Below are positions 23,991-37,548 of a DNA stretch of 64,000 bases, piece by piece. Source of the stretch: Octopus bimaculoides (lineage: Eukaryota). A program made the translations under genes and the position numbers. The stretch covers positions 123,118,587 through 123,182,586 of the forward strand of contig NC_068982.1 in the NCBI RefSeq assembly GCF_001194135.2. Reading direction: 5' to 3'. The notes below the pieces were generated by a model that saw only the letters and a program-made list of their open reading frames with translations, was not told where the DNA came from and ran no database searches. Every line of letters starts with the position of its first letter. The first letter of the stretch is position 1.

Positions 23991-26552
23991 AGAAGAGTTC
24001 ATGATATATAGTGTGTTTTTATGCACTTTTTATACTATTCATTATTTTTTTTTTTCCATTTTTAACTCTCACATTCTAGGTATCATTAATTCGGATATTT
24101 CGAGAATTGATTTACTTCTTTTAAAGATAAATAGTTGTCTGCTGGGGGTTGACATATGAATTTGAAGATCTTCCCTGAGAAGGTTATCTGTTTTAGTTTC
24201 CCTGATAAGGAAACTGGCTTGCTCCATAAAATAGTAATTTTCTGAGACATTTATGATGTTTGCTTATGTCATTTTACTGTCAGGATTCTGTGATTGCATT
24301 TTATGAAACCTCAAACGTGTCTGTACCTATACAGATATTTGTTCTGGCCAAGACTGAATTTTAAACACTGAAACCTTTTAATTGAATAGAACTATCACTG
24401 ATATAACCTAGATTAATTCTGGATTATTTTAAGTATGTGACATTATGGCTATAGGTATCCAAGTAAATAATAAATATCCAGGTGAAACATGAACAAAAAC
24501 ATTGGAAAATAGAAAAGAAAGATAAGTCAAGGTTTTGAACAATGGTTATTTAAGATTGGACAAAGGAAAGAAAAAAAATTTAAGGAAAGGAAAAAATGAT
24601 ATTAATCTAGAGATATAACCCATTATTGATTGGTAGATAACAAGTATAAGAGTAAAGAAATTTTTAAGTAGAAAAGAATGAGCAATGAATGCTAAGGGAA
24701 ATAAACATCATAAACATGGTAGGGGGAAAGATGATGTATATAGTTAAGTGTTTGAAAAGGGTGAGATATAGAATTATGTATGTATGTGTGTTTGTGTGGG
24801 TGGATAAAGTGGTGTGTGAGCAAAGTTGTGTTTATATGATGAGTAAAGTGTTAGTATGTGCAAGGGGTCAAGGATGTGTGTGGGGAGGTTGGTGGTGAAA
24901 GTTTGTGTGAGTAAGGTTGTGTGTGCAAATGTGTGCATGTAGGATGTGTAAGGCATGTATGCAATATAGTATAGTGGATGGGTGATGAAGTGTGTGTGTA
25001 TAGGTAGAGATGGGGGTTATTTGTATGCTCTGTATGGGTGTATGTGAAGAAAAATGGTGGGAGAGTATGTGTGTATTTGAGTTATAGAGCTAGGGTAGAT
25101 GTGCTTAAGCAGAAGATCAATTTCTGTTCATGGCAATGATAGGAAATGGGAGGACTCTGGTCTTATCTAATTACCAAAAGAGCAATATGCAGATGAGAGT
25201 GCATATGGAATTGAAATGGGGACACAGGCCTTATTGATCAAGTGTTGCTCTCTCAAGCATTCAGTAAATGTTCTCTAAAAAAAATCAACTAACCAGTGAC
25301 CATTTTTCTCTATGTGCAGTAATCCTTAAAGTCAGAATTTAATACAGATATTAATATAGATATTTCTGGAGCAGCAAGTGAAGCAGGGAGTGATATGGAA
25401 AAAATGGCCTAGGTATATGTTACATAGCAATGTTGTAGATGAAGAGACAGGTGTTGCAGTGAGAGTGGGCAGGCTGGGGGTTGTAAGGAGTGAAAGCGCT
25501 ATGGCCTGGAATGTTATCTAGATTTTTGTCATGTTTGAAGGAAGAAGGTAGTCAGGAAAAATGTGGAAGTTATGGAGTTAGGTTGGAGGAGATTAAAGTG
25601 TTGCCACACCCATAGTCATGACCCTCGTGTACATATCACCTTTTTGTATTTTGTTTCATCTCATACTCTGTTATGCATGATTTTGCTCTGGCACTTCACT
25701 TAAATACAGACATAAACTTACCTTGTATTTCACATTCTGTGCATAAATATTTTTCCTACTCTCTTTATTTTTTTTTTTACCTCTTATGCTTGTTACATGT
25801 TTATTTTCTTTGTTCACTCTTCTGTGTCAAAACACAGTTCTTGACTCTAATACTTCCTGTCTGTCATTCAGCATGGTGATTCAATATCTTTGAATCACCA
25901 TCGTTTTCTCTTTCTTTTCCTCCTGTACTGTGTTTTTTTCCTTCTTAGCTTTGCTTTTGATTTTGTCTCACTTGTAATGTTAAATTTTTTAAACTATCAA
26001 CATTGACTGAATGTGGTAATTTTATATTCTTCTGTAATATCTGTTTAGTTATACACAAGCTGCAGAAAATATTTCTTCAGATTTTTTTTTTTATTAAGTT
26101 AAATATATTCATTCTATTTACTTACTTTTATTCTTGTCCTCTTTATATTTTAGCATATTTTAGTTTGGTGGAGATATTTTAGTTTCGTATTCCCTATAGA
26201 ATGAAGTAAAATGGGAATTGTTTCCTTTTCTATAACTGAATAAATGAAATAAAACAAGAAATAAATGCAGTGGCTCATCCCCATCTTTGCACTTGCTTAA
26301 AAGTACTGTTAATCTGAAATAGATTTCTGAAATGTATACATAGACATAAAAATAACATACAGGAGTCTTTTCATGCACCTCTTATTTTGCAAGGTAAAAT
26401 ATGCATTTGTTTGAAATCTGTCAATCTCTCCCACAGGTGGGAAAACAATAATAGCAGTTGAAACTCTTATAAATAAACAAATTATTGTATATTTTTTGTT
26501 CTTGATAACTCTTAGGATAAGTGTGAAAGAAAGAAAGTGCTTAAGAATATAC

Positions 26553-26680
26553 CAGCGAAATAGCTGGGTTTTAAACCAGTTAACTGCCAGACACTGTTCT
26601 CCCATATGTCAGTTTAAATAAACAAATATTTCTGCTGTATACTTGTATACATGACAATCCACTGTGCTCCATCTCAGCTG
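26553..26680 (-). CDS. Candidate exon with an internal stop (phase 0 reading QLRWSTVDCHVYKYTAEIFVYLN*HMGEQCLAVNWFKTQLFR)
   Basis: The acceptor tttttccatctttgtag|C is strong and the donor is CTG|gtatat. No phase is fully open across the 128 nt. Confidence 0.25.
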
Positions 26681-28378
26681 CTACAAAGATGGAAAAAGCT
26701 TCATAATTCTAATTTTTCAAATATTATTGTTTCTTGGGGATGACTACATATTTGTTTAAGAAAGCTGTAAGTGATTATACTAGGATTAAGTATATATGCA
26801 TGTACAATGATATTTAACATATTTATGTATATTTGAACATGGAAAACCTTATGCTGCAGAAATAGTCTTGTGAGAAATTTCTTTTCATGGAAATTATATG
26901 TAAAAACAGATTGGGCCATAAATAACCTCAGCAGATCATGGAATGCATGTATTTTTGTTTTGTTACGTGTCATCAGGCATGAATACTGAATTTGTTGTTC
27001 ACAGCTCCATCAGAACAATAGTTTTGATATTTAAGAACAGCAAATGATAAATTTGCTTGGTCAGGCTGAAATTAATTAGTCACACAGCAGTTTTGAAGAA
27101 AATATAGCATGTTTTCAAATTCTCTGTTTATAGAAACAGTGTAGTCTCCATGCAGTTGAGAAGTGGGTTTAGATTCGATTTCTGAAAAATATGAAAACAA
27201 AGGACATAACCCCAGCAAATAGTGAAAAAAGTGCAGCTGAGATGGCAACCTTGCAAGAATTGACTATTGATAAGAGATTCTCAAAGTTTAAACAAAAGAT
27301 GTGCCTGCATATAATCATAAAAGAACATGCAATAAGCTAGATGAGCTTTCCAGAACATTATTTAGAATCATTACATATGCTCTCAAAAACCCTTTGCATA
27401 TTATTCCTTACTTGATATACTTTTATTGAGAAAATGAAGGAATTTGTAACTTATTCTACATTAATAAACTCCTGTCATTTACAAAAATCTTATACTTTTG
27501 TAAGGTTCCAAAAAGCATAGTTTTAATGTAAAATATCATAACAGTATTCCCATAGCTTACTACTGTAGTCATTGTTGCTTAGTCCCAGCTAATACTATTC
27601 CATCTTTTTAGTGTATCAAAGACCACATTTTCCGATGTGCCTTTGCCTTTTTTAAGGTGGTAGGGTGTAATCTAAGGGAAATTTGGCTGCTATTTCAAGA
27701 AAATCTACTGACGATGGAAATGCACCTTCTTTGATTTGCTAATTACCATAGGGATGAACAGTGAAGTAGAGCTGAAAATTTAATTTCAGAGAGCTTCAAG
27801 CTGAACCCTCTCTCTAATAGAAGCTATCTAATATATGTGATCTTTTCTTCCCACATATTAGATGAATCAATGAATCTATCCTATTCATACAAATCAATCT
27901 GGTTCTGAATATATTTGATTACAGTGGAAATTTTATAATAGTTTATTCTAAGACTAGAATTAGGCAGGTTTTAACAATCAGTTGCTTATAAATTGTTTTC
28001 AAGCACTGTTATTCATTTAGTATTTCATTTTACATTTTTAAGAATTTATTTTAATTTTATAATCTATTCACTGCAGATTTATTTTTCCAAATCTTTTGTA
28101 AGAATAGTTTAAAATAGCACAACCAATTGCTTGTAAAGATTTCCAATAATGGTGCTGTTTCAATAGCTCTGTGGGTGGCATTGCTGCAAGTGCAAGAAAT
28201 TCTACTGCTGAATTTGATCTGCAGGTGAAAGTGATTCTAATCACACTCTTCTTAGTAGTATATGGGAACTCTATCTAAATCAAAACTTAACTGTTTATCT
28301 GTTTGCCATTTGTACACATCTATTGATTTTCATACAGATAAAAAAGAAAAAAGATGAAACCAAAGGAAAAAACCTTAC

Positions 28379-28527
28379 CAAAATAAAGATGAACAATAGA
28401 TGCTATTCTATCACAGCTTTGCTGTTTAGTGGTCTTCTTTTTAATAGATTTTAGGAGAGTGAAGGCTGATAAAACTATCTTAAACTGGTAAATTCTTTTA
28501 TATTCATTGATCTTGTGGATGAGTCTG
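28379..28527 (-). CDS. Candidate coding exon, phase 2-1: RLIHKINEYKRIYQFKIVLSAFTLLKSIKKKTTKQQSCDRIASIVHLYF
   Basis: Acceptor tatttttttgtttag|C (NAGNAG) and donor TTG|gtaagg enclose 149 nt with only one phase open. Confidence 0.5.
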
Positions 28528-28848
28528 CTAAACAAAAAAATAGATAGCATTTATAAAATTTAGTTGTACATGTGCAGCATCTTTTTAAGTGCATTTTTTA
28601 TGTATATATAGCTATAATTTTATCAATTGATACTGGGAGAAAATTAGTAGGTGTTTAGAGTTCACTTCAATTTTAAAATGTTCCTTCCTTAATGCCTGTT
28701 GAATTGGCAAAGATAAATGTTCCCTTGTAATTTGAAGTAATAACTGATGTTTATTGCTTTAGACAAGAGAAGCATACTTTAAACATTGACTTATATGTGG
28801 GGGCAGAGATTCAGTTTTCTATTGTGTATGTGCCTGTATCCATAGGGA

Positions 28849-28851
<3 letters not shown>

Positions 28852-28879
<28 letters not shown>

Positions 28880-28887
28880 ATGTATGA

Positions 28888-28922
<35 letters not shown>
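28852..28922. repeat. (TG)n and (TA)n microsatellites
   Basis: Directly visible. Confidence 0.95.
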
Positions 28923-28925
<3 letters not shown>

Positions 28926-29199
28926 TGTTTGTCTATGTTTGATGTTTTGTTTAAATATGTGCTTGTTTCTGTGTGAGAACTTGTGTATGCATCTGCGAAT
29001 GCATGTTTGTATGATGTCTGAAGGTAGATATAGGTGCATGCTTGTTTGGTATGTACCTGTTATATGTATAATATATACATATATAGATGTGTGTGTATGG
29101 ACATTAATTGATGTGTGTATACATTCATTTGTATTTTCTCAAATTATTTTTTATAGTTAGGGTAGGGTAAGTGGCTGACCTTCAAAGATTGGCGAGGTT

Positions 29200-29480
29200 G
29201 ATGCAGTTAATGCTCAGTATGAACATCTGTAAGTGAATAGTTGCAAGGAAAGTGTGTGTAGGAGGGGAATTCTAAAGGAATTGTAAGCATTCTTGGATGT
29301 TAGGATCAGCTAGGGCATAATGGTTAGTGCAGAACCTGAAAGTGTAGAGCAGTTTAGGTAATGAGAAGAGAAGATGTGTGTTGAGAGAGCTTTAGTGGTA
29401 TGTGATTAACTAGATTTAAAGTGTAGCAACCCTCGAAGGGTATTGGTGAGTGAGTTTTTGCTAATCAGTTGGACGATCTT
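29200..29480 (-). mobile_element. Decayed CR1/L2-type LINE 3' fragment
   Basis: The reverse strand reads KIVQLISKNSLTNTL... and later has HY...SF.P/WNSLP-like remnants. It resembles 37700-38270. Confidence 0.4.
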
Positions 29481-32400
29481 TTTACATTAAAAAAGTTTTT
29501 TTTCTTTTTAGAGATGCTTATATATGAAGGGAGGAATGAAGAGTGATGTTGTTTGCCTTGAAGTGCACATTGTTAGAGCTAAAAGAAAGTAAATAATGTA
29601 CAAAAGGAAGTATATGGGAAATATAATTGAATCTTAGGGCACATCACACTTGATATTCTGGTCTCTTCAGTGCACTGCAATGGTATTATCTGACAGGGAG
29701 CTTCTGGCATAAGAGATAGATTTGAGCTTATAGGCAAACAGTTTGGATATACTCTAATGGGAAGCGAAACCACATTGTTTTTACTAAATTTCCTGTGGGT
29801 GAGGGACCACTGGTAAATAGTACAGAAGAGCAGCTCCTTGATAGATGTGGCTCTATGGAAACCAGACTAGTGATCACTGAAGAAGTTAGTCAAGGTAATT
29901 GTTAATGATTATTTTCATCAGCTTTAAATTGTTGGTGAGAGCTGTATGTTGAAGGTTGCCTTTCTTGGAAATGGTGGACACACTGTCTCATATGTCCTGT
30001 AGAGACTGAAAAATTTGGCAAGAATATTGGCTATCTCTGAGTGCACCCTACATAATAGATTCAGCTTCCTCAGCACATATTACCATGATAGAGACCACAG
30101 TGATATCGCTCGGATGGTGCTGTTAGCACTCTACTGGCACGGGTGCCAGTCATTGAAGATATATATATCACTTTCTTTTTCTGTATAGTAGTAGATATAT
30201 CTAATTTTAAGTTGAGGTAAATAGAGGAACATGTCACTTCAACCCCCAAAATAATACACTGAACACGACAAGGACAGGTCTTATGAGGTTAAAAAGCCAA
30301 TATCCTAGTTACTGGGTTGCTACACCTTGCTCCAGCTATCTTTTTCTTCTTAGAGCATGGATTTGTATGCTACTATTTTGGGTTCATGATACATTACTTG
30401 TTACAAGGCTATTGCAATTGACAATGAAAACTTTTAATTTCTATTTACACATTTTTTATACGCCTAAGTATGCACTTGTGACCCAACGCATGAAAATGAA
30501 TCCTTTTCTGCTGAAATTCTTGTTTTATATCATGTCTATCTTCTTAAATGTGATTTCAATAAACTGTATTCAACATTTTTATTTGAATAGTTTACTGTCT
30601 ACTAATGTTGAGAACTTCAGTCAATAATTGTTATAGACAGTAAGCTAGTTTTTCATGACTTGTGTTACTTTTCTGGAAGACTGATTAGTTATTTAATTAG
30701 AAATATAATAGTCATCAATGACACTTAACAGAACAAGCATCCTTCCAAATTCATTGAAATGGAAAATCATGTTTTTTAAAACTTGTACTTTTCTAGGAAA
30801 TATTGTTTAAAATCCCCTATCACTCACTAGTTTATTATCACTGCTGTTAGAATATTTAACAGCAGTGTGTATATAAGAGAGACATGGGAATGTATGTTTT
30901 TACTAGTGCATGGTACATGTCTATAGTTACGTTCATAATCAGTCTATTTTTTTAGTAGACAGTTAATTTCAGTTTTCACTATCAATGGCATTTATTCCTG
31001 CAGATGGACAGAATTATGCTAGGTGGCTTCTCTAGAGGAAATCAATTCTCATGACATTGCTTGATTTTATTTTTACAGCAGGTTGCTAACTTGTTTTTCA
31101 GTTAGGACTGAGATGGAATTAACTTTCCGATTATTTTCTGTGGCTTCTTATGAACAATTAGCCTGTGTTTCCTACAATAAATTTTGATGTCAATTTTGAT
31201 TATGCTTTTAGTGTTCCTAAATATTATTTTCTGTAATACCCAGAGCAGTTGTCTGCCATGCTCAATTGTTAATCATCAGATTACATTAAAATGATTTTGT
31301 TCAACTACTTGCAAACATATAAGAAATTCTATCTCTTATGTAATATTTTCTTAGACAAATGTTTTTATCATGAGAATGAGTTTTTTCTTTTATTTTAGAG
31401 GTGAGAAAGGGGCAAATGCGAAACTGCTTAATGAAAGGTGACAGGTTGATTTCAAGAAATAGATTGAAACTATCAACTAGAAATGTACACTGAGTAGCAT
31501 GAAATCTATGTTAAAATAAAATTTTCAGTGTTCAGCCTCACATGATAAATACATTTCCTTGAGCTTAAATGTTTAGAAATAACCCAACTTCTAGTTACCA
31601 TGAGCCCTTATTACTAAGTTACACACACCTGCTCCTCTATGTTAATCATCTCGCAAATAACAAGATTTTTATATTTTCTTTACAGTAGATGCTGGTCTCA
31701 CAAATAAACTATAAATGTAATCAATGATGGTTGTTCATTTTGAGATCTTAAGGAGCAGGTGTATGATCAGTCAACCATTAATATAACTGTATTTGTTTAT
31801 AAACTTGTTGCATTATCTAATATGTGAGGATTGCATGTGGTAAATTTCTATATAATAATAATAAAAAAAAAAATCAAATCTAATGAAAGATGTTTCTCTT
31901 TTTAACATAATTATAGTTGTTTATTATAAAAGGAATCAGTTGAATTAAAAAAAAAAATTATGGCTAAATTCTTTCTTTTGAAAAAAATCCAAAACTCGTA
32001 ATCAGAGTTGATTTAAATTGAAGAATGCTTTATCAAAGAGCCTGGAACTATTCATACTTTTCTAAAGCATGCACTTCCTTTTTACTGAATGGATGTAATT
32101 GATAAAAGAATTTTATTTGAAGAGAGATAGAGAGAGGTATTTTAATTTAATTTTCCCTGAACTTTGATACATACAGCTTTCCTGAATTAAACATTATTGT
32201 AAATACAAATATTGCAATATCTGTTATGAATAATTCTGTTTTAATTATCATCTCTTGAAAAAAATGTGTGTGTGAGTGTAATTGTCTATTGTACACATGC
32301 AGGGTTCTGTATGTGCATGGTTAGGTTGGGTGTGTAGGCATGTTTGGTGTACTGTGTTTCCTGCAGCAAAAATAGTAATATCTGAATGGAGGAGCTTCGG

Positions 32401-33196
32401 TAACTTTAACACTCTGTATTTGATCTGCTGGAGGCAAACATTAGAGTCAGTAGTTGCCATGGTTAATTTCAAAGGCTTCAGAAAAAGTCAAGAAATGAAT
32501 TAAATGGTGAAAAAATTGTAAGGAAAGGTTTTAACTCTATTAGAAAGTGTCATAAAGCCAATGAATTGGTTGATTTGACAACTGATCCCTGTGTATTTGT
32601 GTGTTGTATCCATTTTCATTCCCTCTTGTATATGTATATATTGGTTAACTGTTCTTTCTTGCAATCACAGGCTGTACTAAATCAACCTCAATAGCCATCT
32701 AATATATAGTGAACGTGCTGTTGTGGTAGTGGTTGAAATTATTAGTTTAGTAAGTTTTATTTCTATAAGTATTATTAACACTGAAGAAAGAAAGAAAACA
32801 TGTTGACAAACGTGACACAATTGTTAGAGATATAATAACCTGACATAACTGGATCTAAGAAGTCATTTGATATGACATATTAAATCATTGCAATTGTGCA
32901 AGGTTTGAATACTTATGTAGTCTCATGGTTATATATATATTGTACTATTAGGTTACGATTAGGGAAGTAGCTGGCTCAGGTTCATTTTAGTGCATATATT
33001 CAGTTGATATTTGCCTCAAACTTAGTTTTCTCTTTGACAAATGTGTGACACAAAAGATGGTTTATTGAATTGATTTCAATAAAAGTACTGTATTTTTATA
33101 TTTTGTCAAGTGTCAAAAGAATGTTAAGGAAAGTTTAACCTTGCTGTTACTGAAACATGTAGTAATGAACAAAATGTTCCTAAGCATGTTGCCTAC

Positions 33197-33361
33197 CTTC
33201 TTTACTTTTGTATTCTCGAAAGTTTTCTCGTGTTCTTTATATCTTAGATACTTATATAAATTGTTGTGGGGTGTGTTCTTTGATTTTTGTTTTGCAATGC
33301 TAGACGTCTCTTTTTCACTCCTAATCTTTTCAGTCAAGATAATGGCATGATCTTTGTTTGA
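33197..33361 (-). CDS. Candidate coding exon, phase 0-0: SNKDHAIILTEKIRSEKETSSIAKQKSKNTPHNNLYKYLRYKEHEKTFENTKVKK
   Basis: Acceptor ctctacttgtttcattcag|T and donor AAG|gtaggc enclose 165 nt, fully open, in non-repeat sequence. Confidence 0.55.
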
Positions 33362-33821
33362 CTGAATGAAACAAGTAGAGAACTATGCATTGAGCAAGGT
33401 CATTATGCAATGTGAAAGATAGTTTGTGAAAACAAAAATTTCTATAAGAAAGTAAATCGGCATGGTAGTTGGCTCCTAAGGTACTGAACAATATATCTTA
33501 AGTATATTACCTGAAACTTAACAACCAAGTATTACATTTACTATATTTCTTCAATTAACTGATTTTGGAAACCTAGTACCATTCCACTTTTACATATGAA
33601 CTGTTGATCTTAGAGAATTTTACTGTTAAAAAAAGGTCCAAAAATTCATATTGTTTTTAATGTAGAAAAATAAATAAACTTAGAAGCATTTAAATTATAC
33701 CATAGCATACTGTATAAATTTAAAAAACAGGGCCTATTAGGTTTTCCTTTTTGAAATATAATTTCATGGTTTGAACTCTCTACGGTATTGTAAAACAATG
33801 ATTTTAAAGGTATGAAAATTA

Positions 33822-34041
33822 GGTAAGCATTCACATTACTGTGTCAAATGTAATGCTTATTTATTCACATTGTTTTGAATTAATCATGAAGTATCTCATG
33901 GCTTTTAGATTTTAATGATGTGATTGTTTATTTTAGAATGACATTTTAGAGTTGGTATGAGAGGCCAGATGTGGTCAGTTCGAACATAAACAGATTGAAT
34001 ATTTGGGCCAGATATGGCTGGTTTAAATGTTAAAGAGTTAA
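33822..34041 (-). mobile_element. piggyBac-like (TTAA) MITE, degraded copy
   Basis: Reverse complement of the 52239-52467 family, ending aatgttaaagag|ttaa. Confidence 0.7.
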
Positions 34042-34744
34042 CGTATATGGATGCTATTTGCAAAGAATGTTTTGTTGCAAGCATTCAGACTACATGTTCA
34101 GCTGGGGTTTATTGTGATCACATGGTACATTAACACTTCCTATACTCTTCTTAAAGTCAAAAATGCTAAATTTATTTCATCTTCTCATACGCATTGACTC
34201 CTATATGCTTTAGACCCCATACATTGCCTCTTACTAAATGCAAAATATCTTCTTAAATACATTTACTTTCTCTACTGTTCTCTCTGAAGATCCTCTAAAA
34301 CTTTTTGATCACCTCTTCCTGCATCAAGGATGTCCACAACTTTTCACCCTCTTTCCAAACTGACACTGTGGGTGCAGAAACTGAGCCTTTTGCACTCATT
34401 GACTTTCTGCATCAGTTTGCTTTTGTCCTCTACATGCATCCCTGACTGATATATATCTTCTAAATATCTTTGATCTCTTTCTCATTGCCAAACTTATCCT
34501 ACACCAAACTATCACTAATTCTCTTTCTATTTGGTCATTTGAACATTGCCTTACCATGATTAATCATTACACATCCACATATGCCGTGCTCTTCAATGTT
34601 TTGGGGTCAGCCAGTTTATTCATGGTAGCTTTTCCTTATAGCAAGCACATCTGCTTCACTCCTGACTCATTAATAACAGTTAAGCAGTTAATTGAAATTA
34701 TCCTAAGACATGTCCTTCCATAGACCACACGCAGGAAACTTATA

Positions 34745-35230
34745 GCTGTTTACATGACACCAGCAGCAGTACTGTTTACGTTACACCAGGAGCAGTGCTG
34801 TTTACGTGACACCAGCAGCAGTGCTGTTTACGTTACACCAGCAGCAGTGCTGTTTACGTTACACCAGGAGCAGTGCTGTTTACGTGACACCAGGAGCAGT
34901 GCTGTTTACGTGACACCAGGAGCAGTGCTGTTTACGTGACACCAGCAGCAGTGCTGTTTACGTGACACCAGCAGCAGTGCTTGTTGCGTGGCACCANNNN
35001 NNNNNNNNNNNNNNNNNNNNNNNNNNNNNNNNNNNNNNNNNNNNNNNNNGTGGCACCAGCAGCAGCAGTGCTTGTTGCGTGGCACCAGCAGCAGCAGTGC
35101 TTGTTGCGTGGCACCAGCAGCAGCAGTGCTTGTTGCGTGGCACCAGCAGCAGCAGCGCTTGTTGCGTGGCACCAGCAGCAGCAGTGCTTTTTGCATGACA
35201 CCAGCAGCAGTGCTTGTTGCGTGGCACCAG
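34745..35230 (+). repeat. Minisatellite with 26-bp (tgacaccagcagcagtgctgtttacg) and 29-bp (tggcaccagcagcagcagtgcttgttgcg) units, interrupted by a 53-N gap
   Basis: Units recur every 26 nt from 34755 to 34989 and every 29 nt from 35051 to 35196. There are no unique spacers. Confidence 0.95.
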
Positions 35231-35826
35231 TACCCTTACCAATGCTTTTTACATGGCACCTTGGTTTTAGAATCTCAAATCTGTTGTGGTGGATGGGTCT
35301 TCTTGAGTACAGCAATGTGTCACATATCTCTGTCTTCTATCATCTTTGTAAGGATCAATGTTTTGTGATTGGCCTTCAATACTTGGCAATTCAAAATAGC
35401 AATGACTGCATTGCAAAGACTGACCCCACCCCGGGACCAAAAATACATCAGCCCACATCCGCTACTAATTTTCTACTAAGCCCATGTGGGGCTTACAATG
35501 AGGTGCTGCTCCCAAAATCTACAATGGCGCTGTTTCTACACATACACGCATGCACGCACTATGCATCAAAACAAAAATGGACTACCTGATTGATTGTCAT
35601 GAACTTGTTCACTTCTACACCCCTTATACATGCTGCCTCTTCTGCAAGTGGCCAAGAGCAATATTAACCACATCAGTTTTACCAGCCTGAATGTTTGCAA
35701 AAATTCATGACTATAGATCAATCCCTTTCCCAACAAACCTCAATTTGCAGTGTGTGGAGTATGGTATGATGATCACAAATTTACCAAAAGATAGACTTTA
35801 TACAATCTTGTTGTAGTGACTACATT

Positions 35827-35861
<35 letters not shown>

Positions 35862-35862
35862 C
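35827..35862. repeat. (GCAC)n tetranucleotide microsatellite
   Basis: Directly visible. Confidence 0.95.
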
Positions 35863-36997
35863 ATATAACATCTCTAACATTTATAATGATAACTGCATAA
35901 GCATAAAATCAAAAGGGTTTTTATAAACAATGTCAACATATCTTTCAGTGGCTGCTAAGAAGAAACTTGTTAGATTTTACTTGACTGTCAGTCTTCACTC
36001 AACTTTTCTAAGTCTTCTTCAGGACATTCAGTGTAATGTAGTGAAAAAATGATAGCTAGAAAAATTAAGATTTTCCAGCTGATGTCTACTCAATCGGGAC
36101 TGACTGAGAACAATCTAGAATGACTGCAAAGAGACAATTATGCATGTTCATATTTATTGATAATTTTGTTCTGCTGGCATGACATGGATAGCTGTTCAGT
36201 TTAATTTCCTCTTGCTGATTTGTTTACTAACCCTTAATTAGCTACCATCTTGACTGAAATAAACACTTGTTTATAAGGTAACTTGAAACTCTTACTAAAC
36301 CCACTTGACTAGTCATTAATTGTTATGCTAGTAATTAAGCATTGAAAGGAGGGAGTATTGTTACTTAATACTAGACATGTACACAAAAAGTTAATATAGA
36401 GTGACATATTATGTAAGCATGTGGCAAATATAGCAATATTTAACAGTAAATAAATCATTCAGCGAGATTGATCTATTTTTACACTAACTTACGAATCAAT
36501 CTGGTTATTGGAGAACTCAGTTTATAGACTTGGTAATCAATAACTAATACAATGCTGTTACAACTTAGTATAGTTAGACAATTGATAAGCTTATAAATCA
36601 GGTTAGATTTGAATGAGTTATGAACAGGATGTTTACTTTTATATTATACGTTGCTTACATTGAAAGAATACATATGCATGCAGCCTTATAAGTAATGTAT
36701 ATGGAAAGAAAGAGATAGTTGCTTATAAGTCATACTATCATCTTATTTTGAATGTTAGTAAATCACTGTTGGAAATGTCCAGTACCATGAAAATTGTAAT
36801 TGTTACTAAATATTATCTGTTTTTAGTCATATAAGAAGAAAAAAAAAAAAGCTGGACATTGACTATAATCCTTGATGACTCCTATATATTACAAAACTGA
36901 TGATCATTCATATTTTCAAGGATTTTTCTAAATTCTTATTAATGTAATAACATTTGGGTTTCTCACAACCAGTATGTTTACATTGTTTCCTTGGTTA

Positions 36998-37160
36998 CAG
37001 GCACAGGCATAGCTGTGTAATTAAGAGGCTTACTTCCCAACTAGGTGGTTTCAAGTTCAGCTTTACTATACAACACCTTTAACAAGTGTCTGCTACTATA
37101 GCTCCAGGCAGATTTGTGACTGAATTTGATACACAGAAACTGAAAGAAGCCCAGTGTGAG
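36998..37160 (+). mobile_element. tRNA-derived SINE, head+core only
   Basis: ggcacaggcatagctgtgtaattaagagg...caagtgtctgctactatagctcc...gaaactgaaagaagccc. Confidence 0.7.
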
Positions 37161-37204
37161 TGAATGTGTGTACACATACACACATCACTTTATCTTCACA
37201 TTAT

Positions 37205-37548
37205 GTTGTAAACATCTTCCAGGGTACATTCTTCCACTTATGAAGTGCCCGTGTACAACTCATTGCCTCATTGCCATAAGCTTGCTAAAGCATGCTCGAT
37301 GTCTCTAGTAGACTTCCCAAGTTTAACACACAATTTCATGTTGGCTCTTTGTCTCTGTCCATAACAAAATCACAGACTACAGCGTACACTTGATCACAAA
37401 AACATGAATTACACAACTTTCGAAGTATACACAGCAACGTCACTCAGCACACTGCCTCATGAAGGTCACTGCTAGCTCTGACTGTGCATGCAACCGTGTG
37501 CTGCCATCTGTTGGTTCACTACAGAACTAATCTGAGAACTTTTTGATA
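37205..37548 (-). mobile_element. Mariner (DD34D-type) 5' fragment with N-terminal transposase remnant
   Basis: On the reverse strand the inner TIR part tatcaaaaagttctcaga is followed by MDRD..RANMKLCVKLGKS.../QAYGNEAMSCT, a mariner HTH N-terminus of the EQRANIKFC.KLGKS.TET..ML..AYG.EAMS type. Confidence 0.75.

Noticed and set aside
30839-30867. 11-bp hairpin cactgctgtta-gaatatt-taacagcagtg
   Set aside because: It is short and isolated, has no associated feature, and is within chance expectation.
31625-31762. 12-bp inverted repeat acacctgctcct...aggagcaggtgt as MITE TIRs
   Set aside because: There is no TSD or second copy, and a 12-bp match within about 130 bp is plausible by chance in 64 kb.
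34745-35230. CRISPR-like array
   Set aside because: The units are contiguous with no unique spacers, there are no cas genes, and the context is eukaryotic. It is a minisatellite.
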